Origin: Candidatus Aenigmatarchaeota archaeon
GTDB taxonomy: Archaea > EX4484-52
Direction of reading: 5' to 3'
Assembly: GCA_023137195.1 (NCBI GenBank)
Contig: JAGLPV010000005.1
Location: forward strand, 1 to 63,711
DNA length: 63,711 nucleotides
The position numbers and the translations under genes are program-made. How positions within the stretch are numbered: the stretch's first letter is position 1; every line of letters starts with the position of its first letter. A model generated the notes under the pieces. That model was not told where the DNA came from. It made no database searches and worked only from the letters and a program-made list of their open reading frames with translations. Positions 39,476-48,103 of this stretch are shown here, in pieces.

Positions 39476-40404
39476 AATATTTACAAACTTACAAAAAACT
39501 AAATCTGAAAGATGACGATAAAGAGATTTTTGAATATCTAATAAAAACGCTAAAAGATTCAATTTTCACATGGGACTATTTTGTTGAATTCCAAAAAGTA
39601 AAGAAAAATATAACAAAAATTGAGAAAGAACTCAATCTACTAAATGTGCTTATAGGAAAAGAAGATATTGAAACCGAATTTATAAATTTGGTTGCGGAAT
39701 ATCCAAAAGTAAGAACGGTTTTACCGATACTAATAGCAATCAGAAATAACAAAATGAAAGAAACAAAAATAATTGATGATTTCGATGAATTAATCTCAGA
39801 AAATAAAGATAACCTGTTTAATCCTTCTGAAGAATTGACAAATGAAGTTAAAGAGGATTTACTGGCATTTTTCAATAATTCAGGTTTAAAGGCAATTTTT
39901 GAAGATAAAAATATCAAAAATGTGGTTGATTATTGTTTTGGTGTAGAAGTGGGAATGGATACAAATGCCCGAAAAAACAGAACCGGAAAATCAATGGAAA
40001 GCATAGTTGAAAAAATAATTCAAAAATTTTCCAAAGAAAACAACCTTGAATATATTCCACAGGCAACACAAACAAAAATTAAAGCTCGATGGGGCGTTGA
40101 GATGGAATTGGATAAAACAAACAGAATTTTTGATTTTGCAATATTTAACAAATCCAAAAACAAGATCTATATTATAGAAACTAATTTTTATGGCGGAGGC
40201 GGTTCAAAATTAAAATCAACAGCCGGAGAATATCAATATCTTTATGATTTATTGTCTAAACAAGGAATTGATTTAATTTGGGTAACTGACGGTTTAGGTT
40301 GGAGGACAACAAAAAAATCATTATCTGAAACATTTATCCACAATGATTATGTCTTTAATATAGAACTCATTAAACAGGATATTCTTAAAGATGTAATATT
40401 TTGA
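39472..40404 (+). CDS. DpnII-family type II restriction endonuclease (GATC expected)
   Basis: G.EVG.DTNARKNRTG, FDF, IETNFY.GGGSKL, WVTDG.GW. Confidence 0.92.
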   Translation: MKYLQTYKKLNLKDDDKEIFEYLIKTLKDSIFTWDYFVEFQKVKKNITKIEKELNLLNVLIGKEDIETEFINLVAEYPKVRTVLPILIAIRNNKMKETKIIDDFDELISENKDNLFNPSEELTNEVKEDLLAFFNNSGLKAIFEDKNIKNVVDYCFGVEVGMDTNARKNRTGKSMESIVEKIIQKFSKENNLEYIPQATQTKIKARWGVEMELDKTNRIFDFAIFNKSKNKIYIIETNFYGGGGSKLKSTAGEYQYLYDLLSKQGIDLIWVTDGLGWRTTKKSLSETFIHNDYVFNIELIKQDILKDVIF

Positions 40405-40424
40405 TCTTATCCATTTCATAAAAA

Positions 40425-40650
40425 GGAATTCCCCCGTCCTTCGGACAGACAGTCTGCTTCGCAGAATATATACGGAAAACTTAAACTTAACTCTGCGGGA
40501 TTTTTTGCTTCGCAAAAACCGCCTGCGGCTATCCCTTGGTCTCCGCTTCGCTCCGACAGACATAACAAGCAAGAGACTACGAAACCTTGCAGGTTTCTCC
40601 GTCCAAATTTTTGGCTACGCCAAAAACTTCTCTTAATGCTGATGTTATAT
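40425..40650 (+). repeat. TTCG-hairpin cluster plus attC-like site (40560-40650); right boundary of the defence island
   Basis: ACATAAC...GTTATAT ends; AGC/GCT and AAGAGA/TCTCTT pairing; GAAACC/GGTTTC and TTTTTGG/CCAAAAA inner stems. Confidence 0.7.
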
Positions 40651-40731
40651 CCATAAAGTATTGTATCTCTTTATTACTCCCACAAAATTCAAAGCCGAAA
40701 CCCATATAATAGAAAATCAATCAACAAACAT

Positions 40732-41055
40732 TTAGCCATACAAAAAAATTCCACCTATCACAAATATATAGACTATAATCCACGCCATATTGCATAGTAT
40801 GATGACTTTTTCCTTGTGGGCAAATCCATAAAGAATCCATGCAAATGCAGGAATCATAAAGAGACTCCAGGAAAGCAGAGATAATCCCGATGCTGTCTGT
40901 TGCGTGTATATCTTTAATATCTGTGGAAGTGTCATAAGGGGACCTATCAAGACCAAAGGATAAATCACCTTATCTATTGACATTTTCAATTTATCCGGCT
41001 CATATTCATTCATTCTCTGATGGAGGTGTCGAAAACCATGATGTGTTTGTACCAT
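40732..41055 (-). CDS. SemiSWEET/PQ-loop family transporter
   Basis: TLPQ..KI, GLSLLSW, W..YG, N; three TM segments; His-rich leader. Confidence 0.85.
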   Translation of the reverse strand: MVQTHHGFRHLHQRMNEYEPDKLKMSIDKVIYPLVLIGPLMTLPQILKIYTQQTASGLSLLSWSLFMIPAFAWILYGFAHKEKVIILCNMAWIIVYIFVIGGIFLYG

Positions 41056-41099
41056 ATCTATATTTGTCAGAACTTATTTATAAATATTTTGAATTTCTA

Positions 41100-41182
41100 T
41101 TAAATAGTTCGGAACTCAACTCGTCCATCTCCCCAAATTCCTCGCTATCAATAGAAAACTTCGTTTAAGACCAATGTTAAGT
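41100..41182 (+). repeat. Degenerate attC-like site
   Basis: CGTCC..AAATT..GCTA..AAAACTTC..TTAA..ATGTTA shared with 40560-40650; ends in a perfect GTTRRRY (GTTAAGT). Confidence 0.55.
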
Positions 41183-41210
41183 GAAATTTCCATTAGACCC
41201 ACAAGAGAAT

Positions 41211-41945
41211 TTATTGAACATTAAACGTTTTCTCTTCTGATTTTACTAAATTACCGGTTATATCTTTTACTACAATCTTATATGTAATTTGAGTACCGCT
41301 CAAAAATTTAGGTCGATCTATTCTACCATACGGATTACTCGAATATTCGCCATTTTCTGTGATTTGCATTGAACCAGACCCACTACTCCGGGTACTTCCT
41401 TTTATAGTTTCATAAGCGTACGTCACAAGTAAGAGTTCAGTATTATTTTGTATTGTCGCCTGGAATTTAACCATATCATTCACTGTAGGATTTTCAGGCA
41501 TATGGTAAAAATTTGTTACAGATAATAAACTTGCTCCTATATCTTCTTTGCTGGATATCCTAAAAGAATATTCATCAGATTCTATTTTTTTTCCAAAACC
41601 AAATAAACCATCTATAACTACCTTAAAATCTACATCTGTACCATCTCGGAGTACATGATTAAGGAAACTATAGGTATATTCGCCTGATTCAGAATCAAAT
41701 TCCATACTTTGACTTCCTCCTCCACTTCCAATTCCTTCTCCTGTATAATAGCTATTGTAATATAATTTAACTATATCCAAATAAGATATTTGAAGCTTTG
41801 TATGGACAGTAACCATATCTCCAACCTGTGGATTCTCAGGAGTTATATAAACTTCAAATATCTTTGGTTCTGTTGAAAAAACAAGAAGAAATAAAGTTCC
41901 CAGCATAACAACAATTGTAATTAATATGATAAATTTCATTCTCAT
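41211..41945 (-). CDS. Exported protein with two Ig-like repeats
   Basis: N-terminal TM; PENP..GD.V / PENP..ND.V duplicated motifs. Confidence 0.6.
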   Translation of the reverse strand: MRMKFIILITIVVMLGTLFLLVFSTEPKIFEVYITPENPQVGDMVTVHTKLQISYLDIVKLYYNSYYTGEGIGSGGGSQSMEFDSESGEYTYSFLNHVLRDGTDVDFKVVIDGLFGFGKKIESDEYSFRISSKEDIGASLLSVTNFYHMPENPTVNDMVKFQATIQNNTELLLVTYAYETIKGSTRSSGSGSMQITENGEYSSNPYGRIDRPKFLSGTQITYKIVVKDITGNLVKSEEKTFNVQ

Positions 41946-41966
41946 ATATTTTTCAAGCAGAGAATG

Positions 41967-43289
41967 TTATCTCCCTCTAACCGCTTCCATATGCTTCATT
42001 CTTTTTTCAATCAACGGTTTTGTAGCAACATCACTCCTATGCCTTACTTCCCCAACAACAGCCTTTAACGCCTTTTCTACCTTTTCTTCAGCCCTGTAAA
42101 TATCCTCATCACTCGAAACAAAAGCAAGAGCACGACTCGAAAGTGTCATCAATTTACCTTCTCTTTCTTCCACATTAGCATAATAAAGCCTGCTATCTTC
42201 AAACGGCATTATCTTAACCTCTCCTGACTCAGACTTACTTGGATATTTCTCCGGCACAATATACTTACACACAGTTGCCTGATTCAGGAATTCAACATTC
42301 AATCCCTCAAGCTTCTCATTTTTTATTGCCTCAAAAATATCAATAATATCTGTCTTCAAAACAGACAAAACATTCATAATCTCTGGATCCCCGAAACGAG
42401 TATTGTATTCTATCACCTTTATGCCACTCTTAGTTGCCATAAATCCACCATACAAAATCCCTTTAAACAAAATACCATACTCCTCTTTTATCGACTTAAT
42501 CGTATCTCTCATTATTTGCTTCGCCTTATCAATCTCCTCTTGAGTCAAAAAAGGCAGAGAATGATTTCCGAAACTATAACTTCCCATACCGCCTGTATTG
42601 GGACCAGTATCTCCATTAAACGCCCTTTTATGGTCCTGGACAACAGGCATAAATTCCAAGGTAATCCCGTCACTGAATGCCTGGAGACTAAACTCCTCTC
42701 CATCCAGCTTTTCTTCAATTATCACGCCGTCTCCTCCTTCAATAACCTCACGGCAATAATCAATCCCGTTCTCTATTGTCTGAAGATGATCTCCCTGTAC
42801 TTTCACTCCCTTTCCCCCGGTAAGTCCTTCTGGTTTAATCACAAATCCTAATCCTTCCTGTTCCAGCTCATTCAAAAACTCTTCCGCTTTATTAATCTCT
42901 TCAATCTTATTTAGCGTAATAAACTTAACATTCCCTTCAATATTGTATTTAGTAAACAATTCCCGTGTAACTATCTTGCTTCTCTCTATTGCCGCATCCT
43001 TCTTAGGCGCAATTGCCGTAATGCCGACCTTTTCCAGTTCATCCGCAAGTCCAATACAAATTGGCGCCTCCGGTCCAATCATACAATACTCAACATCGTT
43101 TTGCCTCGCAAACTCAACTATAGCATCTTTATCATCCCAAGAAATCACAACAAACTTTTTGCATAATTTTTCAATCCCCGGATTAATTGTACCACTGCAA
43201 CAAAACAAATCAGGCTTGTATTTACTCTCGCATATTTTTTCACTCAAGATATGTTCTCTTGCTCCACTTCCAACAATAAGAATATTCAT
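41967..43289 (-). CDS. purD: Phosphoribosylamine--glycine ligase
   Basis: GSGAREH, IGPEAP, GL.GGKGV, QDHKR...GDTGPNTGGMG, EYNTRFGDPE. Confidence 0.97.
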   Translation of the reverse strand: MNILIVGSGAREHILSEKICESKYKPDLFCCSGTINPGIEKLCKKFVVISWDDKDAIVEFARQNDVEYCMIGPEAPICIGLADELEKVGITAIAPKKDAAIERSKIVTRELFTKYNIEGNVKFITLNKIEEINKAEEFLNELEQEGLGFVIKPEGLTGGKGVKVQGDHLQTIENGIDYCREVIEGGDGVIIEEKLDGEEFSLQAFSDGITLEFMPVVQDHKRAFNGDTGPNTGGMGSYSFGNHSLPFLTQEEIDKAKQIMRDTIKSIKEEYGILFKGILYGGFMATKSGIKVIEYNTRFGDPEIMNVLSVLKTDIIDIFEAIKNEKLEGLNVEFLNQATVCKYIVPEKYPSKSESGEVKIMPFEDSRLYYANVEEREGKLMTLSSRALAFVSSDEDIYRAEEKVEKALKAVVGEVRHRSDVATKPLIEKRMKHMEAVRGR

Positions 43290-43356
43290 AATAATTAATC
43301 AAAGAAATCTTTATAAATTTTCGATAGATTTAATAAGATTTCAATTTTAAAGAAAT

Positions 43357-43527
43357 ATGGCAGGCAAATTTTTAAAAATAAAATGCACAAAATGCAAAAA
43401 CGAACAGACTATCTTTGAGGAAGCCACAGAAACAGTAAATTGTCTCGTATGTGGAGCTTTATTGGCATCTCCTACGGGCGGAAAGGCAAAATTGGAGAAT
43501 GTAAAGATACTTTCTGTATTGGATTAA
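43357..43527 (+). CDS. rps27e: 30S ribosomal protein S27e (56 aa, not in the ORF track)
   Basis: [20 protein letters not shown]...VNCLVCG..LA.PTGGKAK. Confidence 0.93.
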   Translation: MAGKFLKIKCTKCKNEQTIFEEATETVNCLVCGALLASPTGGKAKLENVKILSVLD

Positions 43528-43534
43528 TTTAAGG

Positions 43535-43607
43535 GGGATGGTAGCTCAGTTGGCAGAGCGCTGGACTGAAGATCCAGGTGTCGCGTGTTCAAGTCACGCC
43601 CATCCCA
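43535..43607 (+). tRNA. tRNA-Phe(GAA)
   Basis: Acceptor GGGATGG/CCATCCC+A, anticodon arm CTGGA-CTGAAGA-TCCAG, TTCAAGT T-loop; no intron. Confidence 0.96.
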
Positions 43608-43772
43608 TGTTTCGGTAGTGAACAAAGGAATTTGCCCCTTAAGAGCAAATTCCGCAGTGAGCACCGAAACACCTTGAAAAGCGCGGTATTTAGCGTAAGC
43701 CCAGCGATTTTCATGGTGTTTTTCTGCACGTAATTTTCGTAAGACTGCAGAAAAATGTCGTAAGCGTAAGAA
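43608..43772 (+). repeat. tRNA-trailer structured element, copy B
   Basis: Starts at the base after the discriminator; same sequence as copy A apart from loop indel/substitutions and compensatory stem changes. Confidence 0.85.
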
Positions 43773-43795
43773 AACGAATCCTCGATATTTATTAT

Positions 43796-44407
43796 TCAAT
43801 CTACATCCATTCCCTTCAAATCAGAAATTAATAATTCAATATTATTCTCTTTATCATCATAATAAATTGTATTTATTCCCATTTTAGAAGGAATCTCTAA
43901 ATTTTTTTTGGAATTATCAATAAACACAATCTCCGATGGATTAAGATTAAATGAATTTAAAGCTGTCTCGAAAATAATAAATTCTGTTTTTAAACTATGA
44001 ACTTTTGAGGAAATAATTATTGAATCAAAAATTAAATCCAGGTTAAACTCTTTTTCTAAAACATTAAATCTTTCTATAGGATTATCCGTTATAATTCCAG
44101 TTTTATATCCTCTACTTCTCAAATATTTAACCAAATCAAACATCGGACTATTTTTTGGTGTACTTAGAAAAGCTTCTTCCAATAACTTATTATCAATATT
44201 ATTATTAATTAAATTATTAATTTTAGGTAGAACATCTGAATATTTCTTATATCCTAATAATAAATCTAATTTATGGTTTTTAAAAGAGTCAATAAGTAAA
44301 TTGTAATCAATACTTGTATTTTCACTTATATACTCACATGTTTGAGCAGTACCACTATTATTTAATGTTAAGACTCCATCAAAATCAAAAAAAATTGCTT
44401 TAATCAT
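43796..44407 (-). CDS. HAD-superfamily hydrolase
   Basis: FDFDGVL, ITDN, K, FIDN...N motifs; very AT-rich. Confidence 0.88.
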   Translation of the reverse strand: MIKAIFFDFDGVLTLNNSGTAQTCEYISENTSIDYNLLIDSFKNHKLDLLLGYKKYSDVLPKINNLINNNIDNKLLEEAFLSTPKNSPMFDLVKYLRSRGYKTGIITDNPIERFNVLEKEFNLDLIFDSIIISSKVHSLKTEFIIFETALNSFNLNPSEIVFIDNSKKNLEIPSKMGINTIYYDDKENNIELLISDLKGMDVD

Positions 44408-44585
44408 ATTCTTATAAATAAAAGAATAATATAAATAACTTTCTAAGGTAAAATTAGACCGAGTAATATTGCACATAATGACCATTAAACAAATTATTTT
44501 TCACTTAACGTTATATTATGACACAAAAAGCAAACCCACAAAAAAATCAATCAATTATAAAAATCTCACCCAACATATATCTTAC

Positions 44586-45719
44586 ATGGACTACTCAAAA
44601 CTCCTCAACCTAACCCGCGAAAACAAAGACTACATAAACCTAAACCCCCTACAAACCGCAGGAAAACTAACAGCCCCTGCCAAAAAAGCCCTAATAGAAT
44701 TCGGCGACGGATACGCAATATGTGACTTCTGCAACGGCATTTTAGACGAAATAGAAAAACCCCCCATAAAAACATTCACAAAAGAAATTCTCCCAACCTT
44801 CCTAAACTGCGACACAGTAAGAATAACAAACGGAGCAAGAGAAGGCATGTTCATGATAATGCACGCCCTGACAAACCCAAATGACACCATCCTCCTAGAC
44901 GACAACGCCCACTACTCGTGCATAGTCGCCGCAGAACGCTGCAAACTCAACATAATCAAAGTCCCAAACAACAAATGCCCCATAGACGCAATAGACACAG
45001 CATTATACGAACCCTTAATCAAAAAACACAACCCCAAACTAATCTTCCTAACCTACCCCGAAGGAAATTACGGAAACCTCCCCGACGCAAAAAAACTGGG
45101 AAAAATAGCAAAAAAACACAATGTCCCCTACGCCATCAACTGCGCATACTCAATAGGCAGAATGCCGGTAAACATGAAAGACTTAGGTGCAGACTTTGTA
45201 GTAGCCTCAGGACACAAATCCATGAGCGCATCAGGACCAATCGGACTAATTGGTATGAACAAAAAATACGAAAATATAGTTCTTAAAAAATCAAAAGATA
45301 ACCCAAATAAAGTAATAGAATGCCTAGGTTGCACATCAAGAGGAGCAACAATCGTAACCTTGATGGCATCATTCCCCGAAGTAGAAAAAAGAGTAAAAAA
45401 CTGGAATGAAGAACTAAAAAAAGCCCATTGGTTCGCAGGAGAACTAGAAAAACTAGGATTTGTTCTAATCGGACAAAAACCACACAAACACGATTTAATG
45501 TTCTTCAAAACAGACATTTTATATGAAATATCAAAAAAGCATAAAAGGAAAGGATATTTTCTGTACCGCGAACTAAAAAAAAGAGGCATCATCGGCATAA
45601 AGCCAGGGCATACAAAATCATTTAAATTATCTACTTTTGGCATATCAAAAAAAGAGTTAACTCTGGTTATAACCGCTTTCAAGGAAATTATAGAAGAAAA
45701 CAAAAAATTATTGGCTTAA
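44586..45719 (+). CDS. pscS: Sep-tRNA:Cys-tRNA synthase (SepCysS)
   Basis: NLNPLQTAG.L, DGY..CDFC, TNGAREG, HYS, SGHKSM (PLP Lys), LGCT.RG, GIKPG.T. Confidence 0.93.
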   Translation: MDYSKLLNLTRENKDYINLNPLQTAGKLTAPAKKALIEFGDGYAICDFCNGILDEIEKPPIKTFTKEILPTFLNCDTVRITNGAREGMFMIMHALTNPNDTILLDDNAHYSCIVAAERCKLNIIKVPNNKCPIDAIDTALYEPLIKKHNPKLIFLTYPEGNYGNLPDAKKLGKIAKKHNVPYAINCAYSIGRMPVNMKDLGADFVVASGHKSMSASGPIGLIGMNKKYENIVLKKSKDNPNKVIECLGCTSRGATIVTLMASFPEVEKRVKNWNEELKKAHWFAGELEKLGFVLIGQKPHKHDLMFFKTDILYEISKKHKRKGYFLYRELKKRGIIGIKPGHTKSFKLSTFGISKKELTLVITAFKEIIEENKKLLA

Positions 45720-45761
45720 AAGGCACATGAAGTTTTATTAATTTATTCGTATTTCTATAAT

Positions 45762-46406
45762 ATGATACATGGAATACTTTTTGACATGGATGGCATTCTT
45801 GTAGACACAGAACCTCTTCATTGCAGGGGTTTTATAGAAGCACTGAAAAAATACAACATAACCCTGACCGAAGAAAAATTCTATGACTTATGGACAAGAA
45901 GGGGCGGAGGAATTGCTGACTTTGTCAAAGAAAAAAACATATCTGCTGACCCAAATATAATAAGAGAAGAAAAAAGGAAAATCTATCGCAAACTACTGGA
46001 AAAAGAATTAAAGATGTACGACGGTGTTGATAAAACACTTTGTCAACTGTCTGAAAAATATCCTCTTGCATTGGTCACAGCTTCTCGCAGGAAAGATGCT
46101 GATTTGATATTAAATATGACACAGATAAAAAAATACTTTAACTGGACTGTAACAAATGACGATGTCAAACACCGCAAACCAGACCCGGAAGGATTTTTGC
46201 TTGCAGGAAAGAAACTAAATATAAATCCGGAAAATCTTCTTGTAATTGAAGATGCTCAGAAGGGAATTATTGCAGCTCATAAGGCAGGAATGAAGAGCGT
46301 TGCTATACCCAATAAGTATACTACCCAAAATGATTTTTCACTAGCCGGTAAAATAATAAACAGCATCAATGATTTGACTTTTGATTTGATAGAAAATTTT
46401 AGTTAA
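45762..46406 (+). CDS. HAD-family phosphatase (beta-PGM/CbbY-like)
   Basis: FDMDG.LVDTE, VTAS, KPDPE, IED..KG..AA..AGM. Confidence 0.9.
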   Translation: MIHGILFDMDGILVDTEPLHCRGFIEALKKYNITLTEEKFYDLWTRRGGGIADFVKEKNISADPNIIREEKRKIYRKLLEKELKMYDGVDKTLCQLSEKYPLALVTASRRKDADLILNMTQIKKYFNWTVTNDDVKHRKPDPEGFLLAGKKLNINPENLLVIEDAQKGIIAAHKAGMKSVAIPNKYTTQNDFSLAGKIINSINDLTFDLIENFS

Positions 46407-46443
46407 TTGAATACATTTTTATAATTTCCTTCAAATAATAATA

Positions 46444-48072
46444 ATGCAAACGAAATATATCTTTGTTGTTGGCGGCGTGATGTCGTCTGTTGGCAAAGGT
46501 ATCGCCACTGCTTCTATTGCCAAGATTCTACAGAGCAGAGGTTTCCCTGTTTCTACCATAAAATGCGACATGTACGTAAATATCGATGCAGGGACAATAA
46601 GACCAACAGAGCATGGCGAAGTATTTGTCGGACAGGATGGAATTGAAGCAGACCAGGACCTTGGAAACTATGAAAGATTTACAGGCATTCCTTCCACAAG
46701 AGAAAACTACATCACCACAGGACAGGTTTACCAGACAGTCATCCGGAAAGAAAGAAATATGGAATACAAGGGAGAAGATGTAGAAGTCGTCCCGGACATT
46801 CCAAATGAAATCATACGAAGGATAAAACAAGCATCTGCAAAAGACAAAGCACAAATTACAATCGTAGAGTTGGGAGGAACAGTAGGAGAATACCAGAACC
46901 TCCTATTTTTAGAAGCAGCAAGAATGATGCGCCTGAAAAATCCACAGGATGTACTCTTCGTTATGGTAAGTTATCTCCCGGTACCATCCAAGGTAGGAGA
47001 AATGAAAACAAAACCAACCCAGCACGCAGTAAGATGCTTAAATTCAGCAGGAATTCAGGCAGATTTTATCCTGGGACGTTCAGACAAGCCATTAGACAAA
47101 AAAAGAAAAGAAAAATTATCCATGTTTTGCGGGATGCCAATAGAAAATGTAATATCTGCACCTGATGTCGATTCCATTTATGAAGTTCCAATAAATTTCG
47201 AAAAAGAAAAACTCTCTGAAAAAATATTGAGTAAATTCAACCTGGAGCCAAAAAAAGCCAATTTAGAGGATTGGGGCGAACTGGTTGACAAGATAAAAAA
47301 CATAAAAAAAGAAGTCAAGATTGCAGTTGTGGGAAAATATTTTGCAACAGGCAGTTTCATTTTGGCTGACTCTTATATTTCTGTAATTGAAGCAATAAAA
47401 CACGCCTGTTGGGCAAATGATGTCAAACCAACTTTGACATGGGTTGACTCTGAGAAGTTCGAGGAAGACCCGTCCTCTGTTGAGACATTAAACCAATATG
47501 ATGCAATAATTGTCCCTGGTGGTTTTGGCTCCCGTGGAATCGAGGGAATAATCACTTCAATAAAATACGCCCGCCAGAACAACATACCTTTCCTTGGTCT
47601 ATGCTATGGAATGCAATTAGCAGTAATTGAATTTTCAAGAAATATGGCAGGAATGAGCGACGCAAATTCAGTTGAAATAAACCAGGACACAAAACATCCT
47701 GTAATTGACCTCATGGAAGAGCAGAAAAAAAACATGCAGGAATCAAATTACGGGGCTACAATGCGTCTTGGAAATTACCCATGCTCTTTTGTCAAAGGCA
47801 CGCTTGCACAAAAATGTTATGATAAAGAACATGTCCTGGAACGTCACAGGCACAGGTATGAATTCAACAACAAATATCTTGACCTGTTAAAATCAAAAGG
47901 TCTTGTCATTGCAGGAATAAATAAAAAACAAAATCTGGTAGAAATAGTAGAACTAAAAGAACATCCATTTTTTGTAGGAGTACAGTTCCATCCAGAATTC
48001 AACTCCCGTCCTCTAGAACCACATCCGTTGTTTTTTAATCTAATCAAGAGTGCTGTCAACAGACAAAAATAA
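46444..48072 (+). CDS. pyrG: CTP synthase
   Basis: GGV.SSVGKG, E.DQDLGNYERF, ELGGTVG, KTKPTQH, GLCYG, ERHRHRYE, QFHPEF. Confidence 0.97.
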   Translation: MQTKYIFVVGGVMSSVGKGIATASIAKILQSRGFPVSTIKCDMYVNIDAGTIRPTEHGEVFVGQDGIEADQDLGNYERFTGIPSTRENYITTGQVYQTVIRKERNMEYKGEDVEVVPDIPNEIIRRIKQASAKDKAQITIVELGGTVGEYQNLLFLEAARMMRLKNPQDVLFVMVSYLPVPSKVGEMKTKPTQHAVRCLNSAGIQADFILGRSDKPLDKKRKEKLSMFCGMPIENVISAPDVDSIYEVPINFEKEKLSEKILSKFNLEPKKANLEDWGELVDKIKNIKKEVKIAVVGKYFATGSFILADSYISVIEAIKHACWANDVKPTLTWVDSEKFEEDPSSVETLNQYDAIIVPGGFGSRGIEGIITSIKYARQNNIPFLGLCYGMQLAVIEFSRNMAGMSDANSVEINQDTKHPVIDLMEEQKKNMQESNYGATMRLGNYPCSFVKGTLAQKCYDKEHVLERHRHRYEFNNKYLDLLKSKGLVIAGINKKQNLVEIVELKEHPFFVGVQFHPEFNSRPLEPHPLFFNLIKSAVNRQK

Positions 48073-48103
48073 TCTTTTTTAATAACTCTTATACAATATT
48101 CTA

